Source: Lama glama
Lineage: Eukaryota
Direction of reading: 5' to 3'
Assembly: GCA_028534125.1 (NCBI GenBank)
Contig: CM052818.1
Span: forward strand, 38,628,001-38,692,000
DNA: 64,000 nt
The notes under the pieces are model-generated. The model was not told where the DNA came from. It saw nothing but the letters and a program-made list of their open reading frames with translations, and did no database searches. A program made the translations under genes and the position numbers. Shown here one piece after another: positions 50,058 through 63,882 of the stretch. Position 1 is the stretch's first letter; each line of letters begins with the position of its first letter.

Positions 50058-53000
50058 CTGTGGGGAGGAAGACAAGGTATAGCCTTGAGAAACGGCACAT
50101 GCACTTGAAGGCTTTGACACTAATGACCAGTATCCAGAGACAAAAATGGACGTGAGGGTTAATTAGTACTTTCACTACCCTCGCTACTTCTGCCTATCCC
50201 TGACCTATGGAGAATGGGGAGACGAGAACATGCAATGCTGCTTTAGCACGGTTTCCAGAACACACCCAGTAAGGATGGATATGGAAAGAACTTCTCTTCC
50301 TACCTTGCAAAAACTCTATGGTGCATAGAGGAGTGTCTTACTTCAGGGAGGACTTTCCACAGCTTTCTTACCTCTCCCCTTTCATGTCATATGCTGGCCC
50401 CACCTCTCCTTGGCGTAGTCAAATCAATTTCTCCCCCTTGAAGGAGAAGGAGGAAAACTCTTTGTGCTATACACATGAAAATTTCCAAAAATCTGGGTAG
50501 AGAATGATCAATATGTTATATCTTGCAATATGTCTGTTTTTGCTGGGTAAGACTCTACTTCCAATTTGGATTAATACTAGAGAGTCAAGTTTCAGATACA
50601 TGGACCCTTACTTTCCAACTATTTCACATCCATGATATTTATCTCTCACACCTAGAAGAGAACTGACCCTACCTACTTGGCCAAACTCTTCTTTCTCTAC
50701 CTGGGTACCCACCTATTATCCTGAATTCCTATGAAGCTTGTACATCATTTTACTTACTTCTTTGGTCAAAAATTCAATCAGTCTAAGTCAGGCCACTTCC
50801 CTGAGTCTGAATAAATCACTTACTCCCTTAACATCTCTGAGCTTCAGTTCTTTTTCTGTAAGGATAACAGCTGGAAAATGGCAATTACTATGCCTTCCTC
50901 ACAGACTGTGTGACTATCAATGAGAAAAGCTGGAGGAGATGCTTCAAAATTTAAAAAGTAGAGAAAAATCATAGAATATAAAGTTTTTTGTTGTCAGATC
51001 TGCCTTACAGGTTTTTCTGAAAAAATTCAGAAAATAGAAATTTTGTCTGTCTTCCTTTTCAATGGAATCATTCATCCCAAGCTTCAAGCTTTTGAAGTCA
51101 TTTCCCGTATCTTTTCCATTTTCTATTCCAAAATGAATACATCTCCTACATTCTTCTTTCACTTTCCATCCAGGATGTTCCATCCAGGATGTTCTGTCTC
51201 TAACTCTCCTCCACCCACCTCAGCCAGCCACCTCCAAATCCAATCCTTCTGACACATGACTGCCACATTAGTCTTAAGCCATGTATGTTTAGAATTCCAT
51301 TCCCCTGCTTAAGAATAACTAGAATCTCCTCACTTTCCTGTAGGATAAATTTCAAAGGCCTTCATTTATCTTATCGTCCACTGCTCAATCTGTGGACGAT
51401 AATCTGCCCAATCAGTAAAATCTTTCCTCATGTCTTAATCATTCCAATGCTCATAATCTCCAATACTTTGCTCATACTGTTTTTCTACACTGGATGACCC
51501 TTGCTTTCTCCCATTCTGATATAAAGTCTAATGTGGTTTATGGTGCTCAGCTCAGCCATAAGTCATTAGAATAACGAAATGATGACTTGTGTTTGCTCTC
51601 ATTATAACACCAGTTCTAACAACATTGCTAATGTCCAGCCTCTTTGTACTTATGAACCAGGCAAGATGCTTGATTAGGTTTGTAAGTACATCTTATACTA
51701 CAAGACTAAGCCAACCAGGGTAAAGACATTTTATTGAACAAAAATGTCCCATGATTAAGAAAAATTAGTACTTGCAGCAATCAACCACATTCCTCTCCAT
51801 TCCTCTCCATCTAATGTTATGACCACTTAGAGCAATGGAAAAAATTTTGTGTTCTAGAACAGAAAGGAACATTTTAAAAGTAGCATAAAGTAAACAAGGA
51901 AAAAGAAATCTCAGAGAATCATCTCAAGAAGTCCTCATCATCTAAAGAAGTTATTCTCTTAAAGTATAATTTCAAAAAGTTAAAAGCACTCATGCAAATA
52001 CAAAATGAACATAAGTCAAAGATTTTATTTATTTTCTTTTACTCAAGTTATTAGATAGTAAGGGAAACAGTAAGATTTTAAGACAAGCTTAAAGAAGATT
52101 TGAATATATGTATGTTCATATATATGTATATATATACATACATATATATGGAATTTATGTTTCTGAAATATCTTTGGGATGCTGAAAGCGAGTAGCTAGT
52201 AGATGTAAAATTGCTTACTATTCTTAAGCACAACAAGGTATTAATGTTTAGGCTTCTCTTTATTATAGACAGGAATCAATTTTACCTCTACCAGACAAAA
52301 TTCATTTCCATTACTATGGACGATATCATACGTACTACAGTCAGCTTTTTATAAGTTAACTTCTACCCCTACAGAAGGTCCATAGAAAACCAGTGAAAGC
52401 AGCACAGCTGTTTACAGTCAGACAACCCCCCAAGTGTACACTAGGCAACATCCAGCACTGCACTGAAAGGACATACATCAATCTCTTTTGCCCACTTCCA
52501 TGTCTGATCCAACATTTCCTGATAACTCAACGGACAAGTATATGGGGGAAAAGAAAGCAGGGGTGGTCTCCAGTTAGATCAGCCAAGGCCACAAAATTGA
52601 AAATTAGAAGGGCCAAATTAAGCTGATGCCCCACAAAAATGCCATGGGTGGGCACAGGGGACAGTTTGACTTTCAAGCTCCTGCTTCTAAGACCTTTCTT
52701 ACCATCACTAAGACCTTGAAAACAACCTAGACTCCTATTTGTAACTCCCCAAAAACTTCTCAACACAGTCAGACAATCAAGGTATACTTTACCATAGGCC
52801 AAGATGTGGTGGAGACCTTGAGCTAATTCTGTTCAGTTCAAGCTAACCTAAGTCACAAGACTTTTGCTCTCACTCACCACAAGATTAACAGACCAGGATC
52901 CTGCCTTCCTTCAGACAGATTATAAATGTCTCAGGACACCAAGTAAGAGGCTGTCCCACCCAGGGTGGCTGGGAACATCCCAATTAAAGCTCTGAAAAGA

Positions 53001-53259
53001 AGGTACTGCTGAGGGTCCATGAGTGGTAATGTGACCAATGCTAGGGAGTTTCTTACTAGGAAGCTAAATCCAAAGCCAAGTAGCCTAGCTGCTCAACCCA
53101 GGGGATACTCAAAAGGAGACTCGACTGCCTGTAGGCACTGGCTTAACTTCTTTATAGCTCATGGGTACTGAATAACTTGGTTGCTTGCTCCAGTAGGACA
53201 CAGAGTGGTCTCAAGATGTCATCCTTCTTCCTTCCCTCATGGTCCACACAAGTTCTACC

Positions 53260-54310
53260 TCACTAACACAGGAAACAAACTATGGTTACCAAAGAGGAAA
53301 GGGTAGGGGAGGGATAAATTAGAAGTTTATGATTCACAGATACACATTACTATATATAAAGGGGATGAACAACAAGGACCTACTATATTGCACAGGGAGC
53401 TATATTCAATTTCTTGTAATAACATATAATGGCAAAGAATCTGAAAAAATATATATATGTACAACTGAATAGTTTTGCTGTACACCTGAAAATTGTAAAT
53501 CAACTTAAAATCAGTGCAAGCCAACTAAACTTCAATAAAAAATAAAATTTAAAAAATACTGATTTAAAAATGGGCAGAGGACTTGAACAGACATTTTTCC
53601 AAAGAAGACATACAGATGGCAAACAGGCACATGACAAGAGACAACAAATAAAAAGTACTGGTGAGGATGTGACAAAAAGGGAACTCTCATGCACTGTTGG
53701 TGGGAATGTACATGGTTCAACTGTGGAAAACAGTAAGGAGATTTCTCAAAAAATTAAAAATAGAACTACTATATGATAGAGAGGTTTTACTCCTGGTTAT
53801 TTACCCAAAGAAAACGAAAACACTAATTTGAAAAGATACATGCACCTCTATGTTCATCACAGCATTATTTACAATAGCCAAGATATGGACGCAACCTAAA
53901 TGCCCATCAGTAAGTGAATGGATAAAGAAGATGCAGTATATATATACAATGGAATATTACTCAGCTATAAAAAAGAATGAAATCTTGCAATTTGATACAA
54001 CATGGATAGACCTACAGGGTATTACACTAAGTGAAATAAGTCAGAGAAAGAAAAATACTTTATGATTTCACTTACATGTGGAATCTAAAAAACAAAACAA
54101 ATGAATAAATATAACTAAATAGAAACAGTCATAGATAAAAAGAACAAACTGGTGATTGCTAGAAGGGAGAAGGTGGGGGAGAAGAGAAAGAGGTACAAAC
54201 TTCCAGTTCCAAAATAAATGAGTCACAGTATGAAACACACAGTGTGAGGAATACAGTCAATAATTATGTAATTTCTCTGCATAGTGATAGTTGGTTAAAA
54301 AAAAAAGGAA
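53260..54310 (+). mobile_element. Two adjacent L1 3' ends (cetartiodactyl-type 53260-53548; L1MA-like 53560-54310)
   Basis: GCACAGGGAGCTATATTCAA motif, and ORF 53850 MFITALFTIAKIWTQPKCPS (ORF2 tail). Confidence 0.9.
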
Positions 54311-54526
54311 AAGAAACGAATGACCTTTTGGAAGACCTCATCCTCCCCCTCACTCCCACTACCAACTCAAGAGTCATGTCCTGGCAGGACTCAGTATGAT
54401 ATTTATATTACAACACAACATAGCAACCCCACCTCTCCTACTAAGAAATAACATAGTGGGAAAGATACATATATATATGAAAATAGGCCAATATTAATAC
54501 ACTTTGGTAATGGCTATAATGCAGAT

Positions 54527-54960
54527 GTATTAGTCAAAATTAGAGTTGGTATACATAACAGAAAACCTAAATCAGGCCAGGTTAAACCACAAGAAATAAA
54601 ACTCTATCTCTCACGTAAAGAGTTCAGCAATATACAGTCCAATGCTATTAAGGCAATTTCAGTGTCAATCTCAGATTTCTTCCTTTCTGCCCCACCATCT
54701 CTAATGCAATAGTGTTCATTTTCAAGGGAGTCTCATGGTCCAAGATGGATGCTGAAGCTCCAATCAATACATCCACATTTCAGGTCGTACATAAAGACAA
54801 AAAGGGCCAGTGCCAGGTTTCTCCTTTTCCGAAAATTTCATGGAAGTCCCACTCAGCATACATTTGTATTTCAATGGCCAGAGACTGATCACTTAGTCAC
54901 AAGAAGTTTGGGAATTGGACACAGTGCCATCCCAAATAAAATCAGGAATCTCTTATGAGG
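54527..54960 (-). mobile_element. Old MaLR LTR (MLT1J/K-like)
   Basis: TAACAGAAAACC, CTCATGGTCCAAGATGGATGCTGAAGCTCCA and AAAATCAGGAATCTC motifs. Confidence 0.6.
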
Positions 54961-55782
54961 AGAGGCTAGAAAGGATGTTGGATTGGAAGTAAATTAGCCA
55001 TCTTTGCTTCATCAGGTGTGTACAAAGTACAGTAGGAACTCTGTAGGATGCCTGAGGCAGAGTAGGAAAGGCTTCCCTAAAAAGGTCTAGAATTTGAGTT
55101 AAAACAAAAGGAACAAAAGGAATTAATCAGCTTCCCCAGTTGGTGAAGAACATCCCAGGCCACACAAATAGGATTCGTAAAGACAGAGGGGTTACAAAAT
55201 AGCTTGTAGGGAAACTATAGATAGTTTAGACCCCTGGAGGTTGTAGATAAGGCCAGAATGGAAGATTAGGACCAGATTATGAAGACCTTATTATGCTGGA
55301 TAGAGTGTGGGTTTCATCTCGTAGGTAAGAGGGAGCCAAGAAGCAATTTTAAGCATGGGAGTAACACAGTCTAACATTCATATCCTAAATGACTCACCCT
55401 AACAGAGTCACTAACAGATGTTAAGAACATCTCCAGTGCTAGGAGAAAAAGGAAGGAGGAGCAAAGCAAGTAACTGGGCTAAAAACACTTTCCAAGACAG
55501 CTTTATAAAGACACACACACACACATAACAGACAAATCCAATATAAACACATTCCACATCTACGCAAGTTTACAAGGAATCTTGGGGCTCAGATGAACAT
55601 AAAGGAGGGGAAAAAAATTAAGAGATGGATAAAAAAGTAACATTTAATTCTGATTCATTCTTTTGTTCTGTCTTTTATAGATCAGTCTCCCCGACCACCA
55701 TTTAAATCCTATCTCACTCTTAACATAATGGAGAGCCAATTTTTTAATCAAAAGCCATTTTTAGGATCAAAGAGAAACATAC

Positions 55783-56033
55783 TTCTAGGCGGATAGTGTG
55801 TTTGTTATATCTTGTAACATCATATGGTAAAGGGTATTCAACTAAAATTAGAGATGATATACACTGAAATTCTCCAAAAAAATCAAATGCCTCCAAATCC
55901 AGGGAGGGAAAATTGTATCTTTTTTCTTCCAGGATATTTTTCTCAAGTACTAGCGGAAGTGCTAATGAGAGACAGGCCTCCTTGCCATTCAGTGACAAAT
56001 GTAATAGGTTACATGAAACCACAGAAAATGAGT
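55783..56033 (-). CDS. Putative internal coding exon (SFSVVSCNLLHLSLNGKEACLSLALPLVLEKNIL...YNKHTIRLE)
   Basis: Acceptor ctgacatttttaaatAG and donor GAA|GTATGT. 251 nt, open in AT-rich DNA, phase 1-0. An unlocated phase 0-1 exon is needed to join the 50057 exon. Confidence 0.5.
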
Positions 56034-57214
56034 CTATTTAAAAATGTCAGATATAACACTAAAGGAAAATTCAGTCTTGCATTTTTTCCTCTTGATCATG
56101 GTCTAATAGAGACAATTCAGAAATGATTTCTTCTGAACTTGGTGATATTCATGATTGAAATAGTGTTGCTAATGATAACAATGTGTAGAATTATTACATG
56201 GAAAGTACTAATAATGCAAATCATATGGCCTGTAGTTGCCGTTCTCCTGTGGATTATTTTTTCCTAGGCCTATTTGATTACTCAGAGATTAGCATACTAA
56301 AGCTCAGATTTGTACTAACATATAGAGAACCGAGGTTTATAAGAACAAAAGTAGACAATTAACCAAATTTTCACTTATGCCACCTTTGCCATGTGAAATA
56401 ATGACAATGTAAGGCAGGGGTTACTGAATCAAAAATACTATTTTCAAATATTTTTGGCATCTTATGTTTTGCTTAGATCTACCAATATATAATATTCTAT
56501 AAGACCTTACAATAATTGAAAAATTATACGAGTACTCACTAAATCAAAGACACAACTCTTAATTTACAGTGTTAAAAATAAGATGTATATTTTAGAATCT
56601 TTAACTACTACCTGGCTTATTGATTATGTTTTCCAGAAAAAAAAAATTCTTTTCCGTATTTAGAATTCTTTAAACTATCTTCATATCTTGTTCTGTTTAT
56701 ATATCTGATGGTTATAGGAGACAATTTTTTTCTTCTGTAAAATACAATACTTACAAGACCTATTATGTCACTAGAATTACAGGTCATTTCCACTGGTTTT
56801 AAGGAGTAATAAAATCAGAATTCAAAAACTGCAAACAAGTAGAGGCACTGTCTTTTTTTCATATTAGTGAATTTCTAGAAAAAAGTCCCAAAGCTGAAAG
56901 GTACAGGGCAATGGGATTTTCTCAAAGAAACAAAGCTATAATGGAGGAGCTTTTTGACCAAAGGCTTGGCATCAAAGAAGTCACAACTATGAGAAAAAAC
57001 ATATTGTAAAAGCAAAGACATAACTATAAACTTTAATAAAAATTTAATTAGCAAAAGTTACATCTTAAGTTCCATAAAATATACATTATTTGTTCAAAAG
57101 ATGTTACTATGTCATATTCGGGTATACATGATATATGTACATATAATATAGTGTATAAAGGTACATATAAAGGAATATACACACACATATATATTCAATA
57201 TATGCTATATAAGA

Positions 57215-57560
57215 CAGTTATGCTATAACCAACATGATGCAATAATAAACACCTCAGAAATCTCAGCAGTTTACAAAAGCAGTTTATTTCTTGCTCCCAT
57301 AACATGTCCTTCACCCATTACTTCCACCCTTACTCCATGTCTTCTTCATTCTGGGACCCTGGACAAAGAAACAACCCCAGTCTGGGACACCGATCTTGGG
57401 GCAAAGAGATAACAGGAATGACAGAATTCCACAAGGGTAGAAACTCACAATGGACCATCTGTTAATATTTCATTGTCCAAAACAAGCCACATGCTCAAGT
57501 TTAACACCAATGAAGTACAAAATACATCTCTCAGTGGGAAGGGCAGAAAACTATTGGGAA
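57215..57560 (-). mobile_element. Old MaLR LTR fragment
   Basis: AAATCTCAGCAGTTTACAAAAGCAGTTTATTTCTTGCTC and CATTGTCCAAAACAAGCCACATG motifs. Confidence 0.55.
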
Positions 57561-57619
57561 TAACTTTGTTGCTTAAGAGACTTCCAGTTAAGAGACTTGG
57601 ACATATTTATCCAATGATC

Positions 57620-58310
57620 ATTCAACGCTCTTCTTCAAGGGACAACAGAACTCTCAACTGGGCAAATCTGCTTGCTTATCAAATGACTTTACTCATCAAT
57701 ACATTAGAAATATGGAATAGAAGCAAAGCAAAGCTGAGAAGAAAATTCATAGCTGGAAATTTTACATTTACAAGTAAGACTCAAGTTAGGGAGAAAAAAG
57801 AATGCCAAGGGAAGAATCATAAATTAAAAGTATTCAGTATTTGAAAAAAAATATGTAAAACTATTATATAAATCCAAGAACTGTTTCTTGCCCCCAACAC
57901 ATAAGAATATATAAAAATAAACCATTAGGTCACCTGATCAAGTGGGCAAATGGGCGATAGCACAGGAAGTACAAAAGTTGAAAATGATGATGTAATAACC
58001 ACAAATACAGAGAAAACTGAAAGATTCGTAAGTAACTACTTTGCTCAACTCTAAGCAAATAAATTTGAGAACCTGAATTAAAAGGGTGATTTTTGGGGAA
58101 AATATAAATTATTGACAGTTCCAATACTATTTAAATTGTTGCAGAGCATAGAAAATAAAGAGAATGAAAACTTCTAAATTCTTTTTATAAAGTTATTGTA
58201 ATATTGGTAACAAAAACCCTAAAAGAAAGCCATAAATTGATCCCACTTAAGAATATCAACATAAAATCCTATGCAAAATATTAGTCAATACAGTACAGCA
58301 GCATACTGTC
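57620..58310 (+). mobile_element. Decayed L1 ORF2 fragments
   Basis: SKAKLRRKFIA-like peptide, AAATAAATTTGAGAACCT and AAATCCTATGCAAAATATTAG. Confidence 0.65.
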
Positions 58311-58547
58311 ATAATATTTAATGATTATTTATATTTTTGACAAGACCCTCCCCACCAAATAGTATCCTTCATCCCCATTTGGGTTCTGAAAAATCTGAGA
58401 AATGAAATTGACCATAGTCTTATATATGCTCATAGAACATTTGGAGACATAAATATCATCTTGATTTCTGATAATGGCTATATTGGAATCCACAGCTAGC
58501 ATCCCAAAAGGGCCTGCAAAATGAACCCCAGAATTATACAGACTTAC

Positions 58548-58627
58548 CCATTCAGGCACAGGTAATCTTCTACAGGGGTGGAGAGTTGCCCAGGTTATGT
58601 CACGGAGAAGTAAAGACCTTCTACTCC
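58548..58627 (-). CDS. Candidate small exon (SRRSLLLRDITWATLHPCRRLPVPEW)
   Basis: Acceptor ...gcttcctgcAG and donor TGG|GTAAGT. Only one frame is open (phase 1-0). Does not join the 56033 exon directly. Confidence 0.3.
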
Positions 58628-60949
58628 CTGCAGGAAGCTAGCTCCCAGAAGAAAACAGAGATGAGTTTTCTTGAGTAATTTATTCTTCTCAAAATTACAT
58701 AAATCAGGCAAGTCACTCCACTTTCCCCTGGCACAGTGAGGAAGGGCTTGAGAGAAGCCAGGAATTTTAAACTAATCAAGGTCCTTCACTTTAGAAAGAA
58801 ACATTGGGGGGTAAAAATTCTATTCCAGCTTGTTGGTTTTGTTGGTTTTTTAAAAAATTCATTTGGTTTGACTGTTAGCCTATGGTCTATATCGGTCAAG
58901 AGAGAGACCCAGTAGGAGAGTCTTGCTCCTACCCTCAGGAGACTATTCCACCAATAACTGCTCTTTGGGTGTCCTAGGTCCACTGGTGGACAAAATGGAT
59001 TTTGCCCCCAGAAGGCTATAAACTTGCTTAAGAGTACATTATTTAATAAATCCAAGGCCATGCAATAATTCATGCTCAAAGCTAAAATTTTATCTTATCT
59101 ACATTTTATTTTCCATTTAAAATTTTGTCCTTGCTATGCTGTATAAAACAGGCCATCAGAGGCTCTGCAGTGAGATTAAATGACAACATTAATGTACTCC
59201 AATGGTAAAATATACACACTTATTGTTGTCTCAGAAGCCCCAGATTGTAACCAGTCAGCTAAATCCATTTTAGAGAAATTGAACATGAGCTGGACATTAA
59301 AAATATTCATTATTGCTAATTTTATGTGGTGTGATAATAATATTGTTGCTCTTTCTTTGAAAGTCCTAATCTGTTAGAGATTTATACTGAAGTATTTAAG
59401 GTTAAAATGATACAATGTCTGGAATTTGCTTTTAAATCTTCCAGCAAAACAAACAAAAATAGTCATGTGATGGAATAAGTACAAGACTATAGCTATGTTC
59501 AAGGTATCTTGAAAACCAAAGAGCCTAATTCTGCATAGGAAAGTTACGAAAGTGATGTTTGAGTGTTGAAAGCTGTGTAGGAATTTCCTGGGCTAATGTG
59601 GTCAGGCTACCAGGGAAGAAAATGGCATTCCAGGCAGAGGGCATGAGATATGTAAGGCCACAGAGCTTTGGAAAGGGTGTTGAAATGGACATGAAGGAGC
59701 ACAGGGCAATTCTTTAGCAGAAATTGTGCAAAACCTTAGTGAGAATACTTGCAGTAAAATATTTTTAGTCTTGATTGTGCAAAGTTGAGATGACAGTTAA
59801 CTTTTCTCCACTGGATCATGCTATGTAGACAATTTAATATAGTTTGTTAAATTAATCTCATCTAGAATGCCATTTTCTTTCTCCTTTATGCAGATAGTAA
59901 CTATCTTTCAAAGCAGGACTCAAAAATTCCCTTCAGTCAAAAGCTTTTCTTAGCCAATTTATAGTTTAGTGAATCCCCCATCTTCTAACTCTTAAGAGCA
60001 TGCTAGTCAATATAGCACCTGATGATGAGCTTGTCTACCAAATTAGGACAGTTTTATGTGGGATAATCTCATTTCCTCAGCTAGAAGGAGTTATCTTGAA
60101 CCAAGCACAGCACAATGCTTAGGATGTTACAAGATTTATTACATAGAATGTTTCCCCAAGCATAGGGAGAAGGCCAGATGTGGGCAGCCAAAAGTTCATG
60201 CATCTACTCAGTTCCCACAGATACTCTTTGGGCTTGATATCTCAATTTGACCATCTGGGGAAAAAATTCCCTTCACCCCTCCCCCCAAAAAAAAGAGAGA
60301 GAGAAAAGGAAAATGAATGTGATTTCCTAACCTTTCTGAAATGTTACAAAAATGGATGATGCTAAAACTAAAAGTTAAGATGCCTTAATAATATTGGAAA
60401 TTCAACATATCTTTTAAATTTTTGTTTAACTCCATCAATTTCAGTAAGGAATTCTAAAGAAAATCATAAATGAAAATGAACCCTAAAGATGTCACTACCT
60501 TTTGATTTTCAGGAACTAGACTATGAAAAGACAGGCAAGCATGACACCCCTTTAAAGGGATCTAAATCCAAGAAAGCAAAAGTTGAACAGAGAAATCATG
60601 ATAACAGAGCAAGAGAATAAATGACAGTTTAGTTCCTCTGTTGTGTGGTACTCAGCACTGTGGAGAATATCTCTGTTGAGTAATTCAGAGACAGCTCAAT
60701 CATAGGCCTGGGCCTCATTAAGGCTGCTAATGAGAATGTGAAACAAATATGTTAGCCTGGTTGGTTTGGGCTGAGAATAGGATTCCTTTGCAGTTTTTAA
60801 GGTCACAACATAATGCATTTTTAAACTTCAAATGTTAAAAACTAATACACATGGCTAAGATCAAAGAAATCCAAACATTAAAGGAAAACATAAATTAGTC
60901 AGTTAGCTTTCTCTCTTAAAACTAAATACTTGTCACATGAAACAGGAAT

Positions 60950-61060
60950 GGTCCTTTCTTGGTATCCATGGGGGATTGGTTCCAAGATCCTAGCACTACC
61001 AATGGCCAAAATATGCAGTTATGCAATTGCTCAAGTCCCTTATATAAAATGGTATAGCAC
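60950..61060 (+). mobile_element. MER2 (Tigger) fragment
   Basis: GTATCCATGGGGGATTGGTTCCAAGA...GCTCAAGTCCCTTATATAAAATGG. Confidence 0.8.
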
Positions 61061-61240
61061 GAATTCAACAAATAGCAGATCAGAGGAGCAATGAAAGGGA
61101 AATGGGCTTCTGCCACATTTAGTGGAAGTAAGAGGTCACAGTATTTTGGTAACAGCTAGTACCCTGAAGATGGAATTCTACCTGGCTAAAATTATTCACT
61201 TGTTTACAAAACAGAAATGTTCTAAGCCTTAACTTAGTTG

Positions 61241-61795
61241 GTATATTAATTTTCTATTGCTGCTGCAACAAATTACCACAAACTCGATGGCTTAAAACAA
61301 CACAAACTTATTACTTTACAATTCTGGAGGTCAGAACTTCAAAATCAGTTTCACTAAGCTAAAGTCAAGGTGGTGGCAAGCTGTGTTCTGTCTGGAAGGC
61401 CTAGGGGAGAAGCCAGTTCCTTGCTTTTTCCAGCTATTGGCTGCCTGTATTCCTTGGTTTGTGGCCCCTTCCCTCATCTTCATATCAGCAGCAAAGCATC
61501 GTTTGAGCTGACTATGCTGCTTCCACCATTACATTTTCTAAACTCTCCTTCTGCTTCCATTGTTACATTATCTTCTCTGACCCTCGTCCTCCTGCTTCCC
61601 TCTTATATGACACCTTGTGATTACACTGGGCCTACCTGGATAATCCAGGCTACTCTCCCCATTCTCAAGATCCGTAACACAGAATACGAATGTCTTAATC
61701 ACATCTGCAAAGCCCTTTTTGTCATGTAATGTAGAATATTCACAAGTTCCAAGGATTAGGACATGGATATCTTTGGAGGGCCACTACTCAGTCTA
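61241..61795 (-). mobile_element. MaLR LTR (MLT1C/E-like)
   Basis: ACAAATTACCACAAACT..GGCTTAAAACAACAC...GGATTAGGACATGGATATCTTTGG. Confidence 0.85.
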
Positions 61796-62463
61796 TGGAT
61801 AGACAGATAATACAGAAAGACATTATGATTTATGAAAAATTCCATTCTTATTTTACTGGGGAATATAAAGTCTCCATTAAAAAATTAGAAGGAATGATTT
61901 GTAAAAGTCCTGTAGCAGTATAATTAGCCCACAAAAGCCTTGTTGAACAGAGCAATTAGTTTCTGAGGAATCCAATAAAATGGGAAAATTCTATACTCTA
62001 AGGGGATATTCATCTGTAGCCAGTCCCAATCTCTACTTTGTTTTTAATTTATAGAGGTAGTTGAACGACATTCCCCATATTTTTCTTATCCTTACCATAC
62101 CCTGCCCTGCCACTAAAAGCTTCTTTATGGTGTGGTTTCATTGAGGGGAACTAATGGATTATATCGATGGATTACAACTAAACATTTGCAGTTGCAGTTA
62201 TATTACATATGGTGAATGACCTTGAAAGCCTTAAAATAAAAATATTATTTTAGTTTCTCATATACATATATATATATATATACATACATATATATGTATA
62301 TATACTATATATATAGTATTACTGTTGATGGCCTGAACATCTAAATGTTAATGTTTGTCAGATTTTTTTTTTTAGTTCATTCTTTTTATAAGCCAAGTGC
62401 TCTATGAAAGCAGTGCTTTGGTGAACAGTCTTATAAGGAGATTCTCCAAGTCTCACAGCTCAC

Positions 62464-62511
62464 GGCTGTGCTGGCTTTTAGGACCATCTATCTCTTTGGG
62501 TCTCTGCATGA
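62464..62511 (-). CDS. Candidate small exon (MQRPKEIDGPKSQHS)
   Basis: Acceptor tgttcctcctggcatttAG and donor C|GTGAGC. 48 nt, phase 1-1, compatible with the 58627 acceptor. Confidence 0.2.
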
Positions 62512-63469
62512 CTAAATGCCAGGAGGAACAGTATAACTATAATATGGGAGGCAAATGTGGTTTTGCCCATTTTTAGATGGTGATTTTTAATCTATGTTTA
62601 AAATGAATCATTATGTGGATCTATTTTCTTGACCTAAAATCTTTTAAAAAAGATATTTATGTGGATCTTAGGGTACACCAGAGCAATGTTATGGAGGCTG
62701 CAGGAAGCAATGGCGTGTTTATAAGCATTCAGAGTTATCTATACTTAAAGATTTACAAATCAGAAAATTAACTATTAGAACCAGTTGAAAACCACAATTC
62801 AAAATTCACTGATATTTTTGACTAGTAGTTCTATCACTAGAAATCTATTGAAGATTAATGTTTCCTACACTTAGAAATAAATCTTTGATTATTTTATTTC
62901 CTTGCTCTTTTTTTTCTTTTTCTTTCTCTTGCTCCGTTTTACATAATCTGCAATCTATCTAATTTTAGTGCAAAGAGTGTCTAAACTAAGAGTTTCAACT
63001 TTCTGCATAATGGAATAGTAAGAAGATGGGAACATATTTCATTAACAAGTGCAGGTCCTTCTAACATTGTCATAACATCCACCAGAAATACTCTTTTCTA
63101 TCATAAAGATCTAAGAATTACCCATTTCTCTGTCTCACTCTCACTGCTACTGTGGGCCCTCCATCCCTTCTGCCGTGTCCCCAACTGCTCTCTTACTTCC
63201 ACTAAAGTATCCCCAACTACTGTGGCAGTTTCTAGGAGTTAGCTTTAAAGATCCCTGCATAGTTGATCTGGACCAACCATAAGAAAAGTGCAATCCTACC
63301 AAGTGCCTAGAAAGTCGAAACTATCTGAACAGCACTAATGACTCTTCAGTGTGCAACATAAATTGTATGAGCCATACAGCCATATTCTGTCATGTAGCCT
63401 GGGGATGGAAGAATTATGGTGAAACAGATGCACATTTTCTCTATGGCTATCATACAGGGCAGAGCTACT

Positions 63470-63643
63470 AAAAGCATCATCTGAGGACCAGCAGTAGTAG
63501 TAGCAGCAGCAGTTAGCAGCAGCATCTCTGAATTTGTTTGAAATGCAAATTCTAGGCCCCACTCAAAAATTACTAAATTGGAATCTCTGTTCCAATAAAC
63601 TCTCCAGGTGATTCTTATGCACACTAAAACTTGAGAAGCACTG
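63470..63643. mobile_element. MER5A-like MITE with a short (TAG/CAG)n expansion
   Basis: GAAATGCAAATTCTAGGCCCCAC...CTCCAGGTGATTCTTATGCACACTAAAACTTGAGAAGCACTG. Confidence 0.8.
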
Positions 63644-63811
63644 ATGGAGAATAACACTAGAAGAGATGATTTGATTTCAAAATACCCTAGACCTTCAAGT
63701 AAATGAATACATGAACAAGAATTTTAGCAGTCTTTGAGGATTGTATGAAGCACAATTTGCAGGACAATCCTTGTCTAAACTGGATTTGGAAAGTAGTGTG
63801 GAGAAGATATA

Positions 63812-63882
63812 CAGTGGGCTTGAACTGCAGAGGTCCCACATGGGCTTGAACTGCAGAGGTCCACTTACACGTGGATTTTTTC
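63812..63882 (+). mobile_element. Tigger2/MER8-like end with an internal duplication of about 26 bp
   Basis: TGGGCTTGAACTGCAGAGGTCC twice, then ACTTACACGTGGATTTTTT. Confidence 0.65.

Noticed and set aside
55398..55438. 41-nt minus-strand segment with very strong splice sites
   Set aside because: It has a stop in the phase-0 frame needed after 55783, and the donor overlaps an L2 remnant.
55783..56033. Resemblance of CISSLILVEYPLPY to PKD1-like GAIN-region motifs, and of the 43.5-kb exon to IgGFc-binding repeats
   Set aside because: Only short, vague similarity from memory, with no GPS, TM or PLAT domains downstream. No gene symbol assigned.
56755..56828. Exon-like segment (tttgcAG ... GTAAGT)
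   Set aside because: Stops in all three frames.
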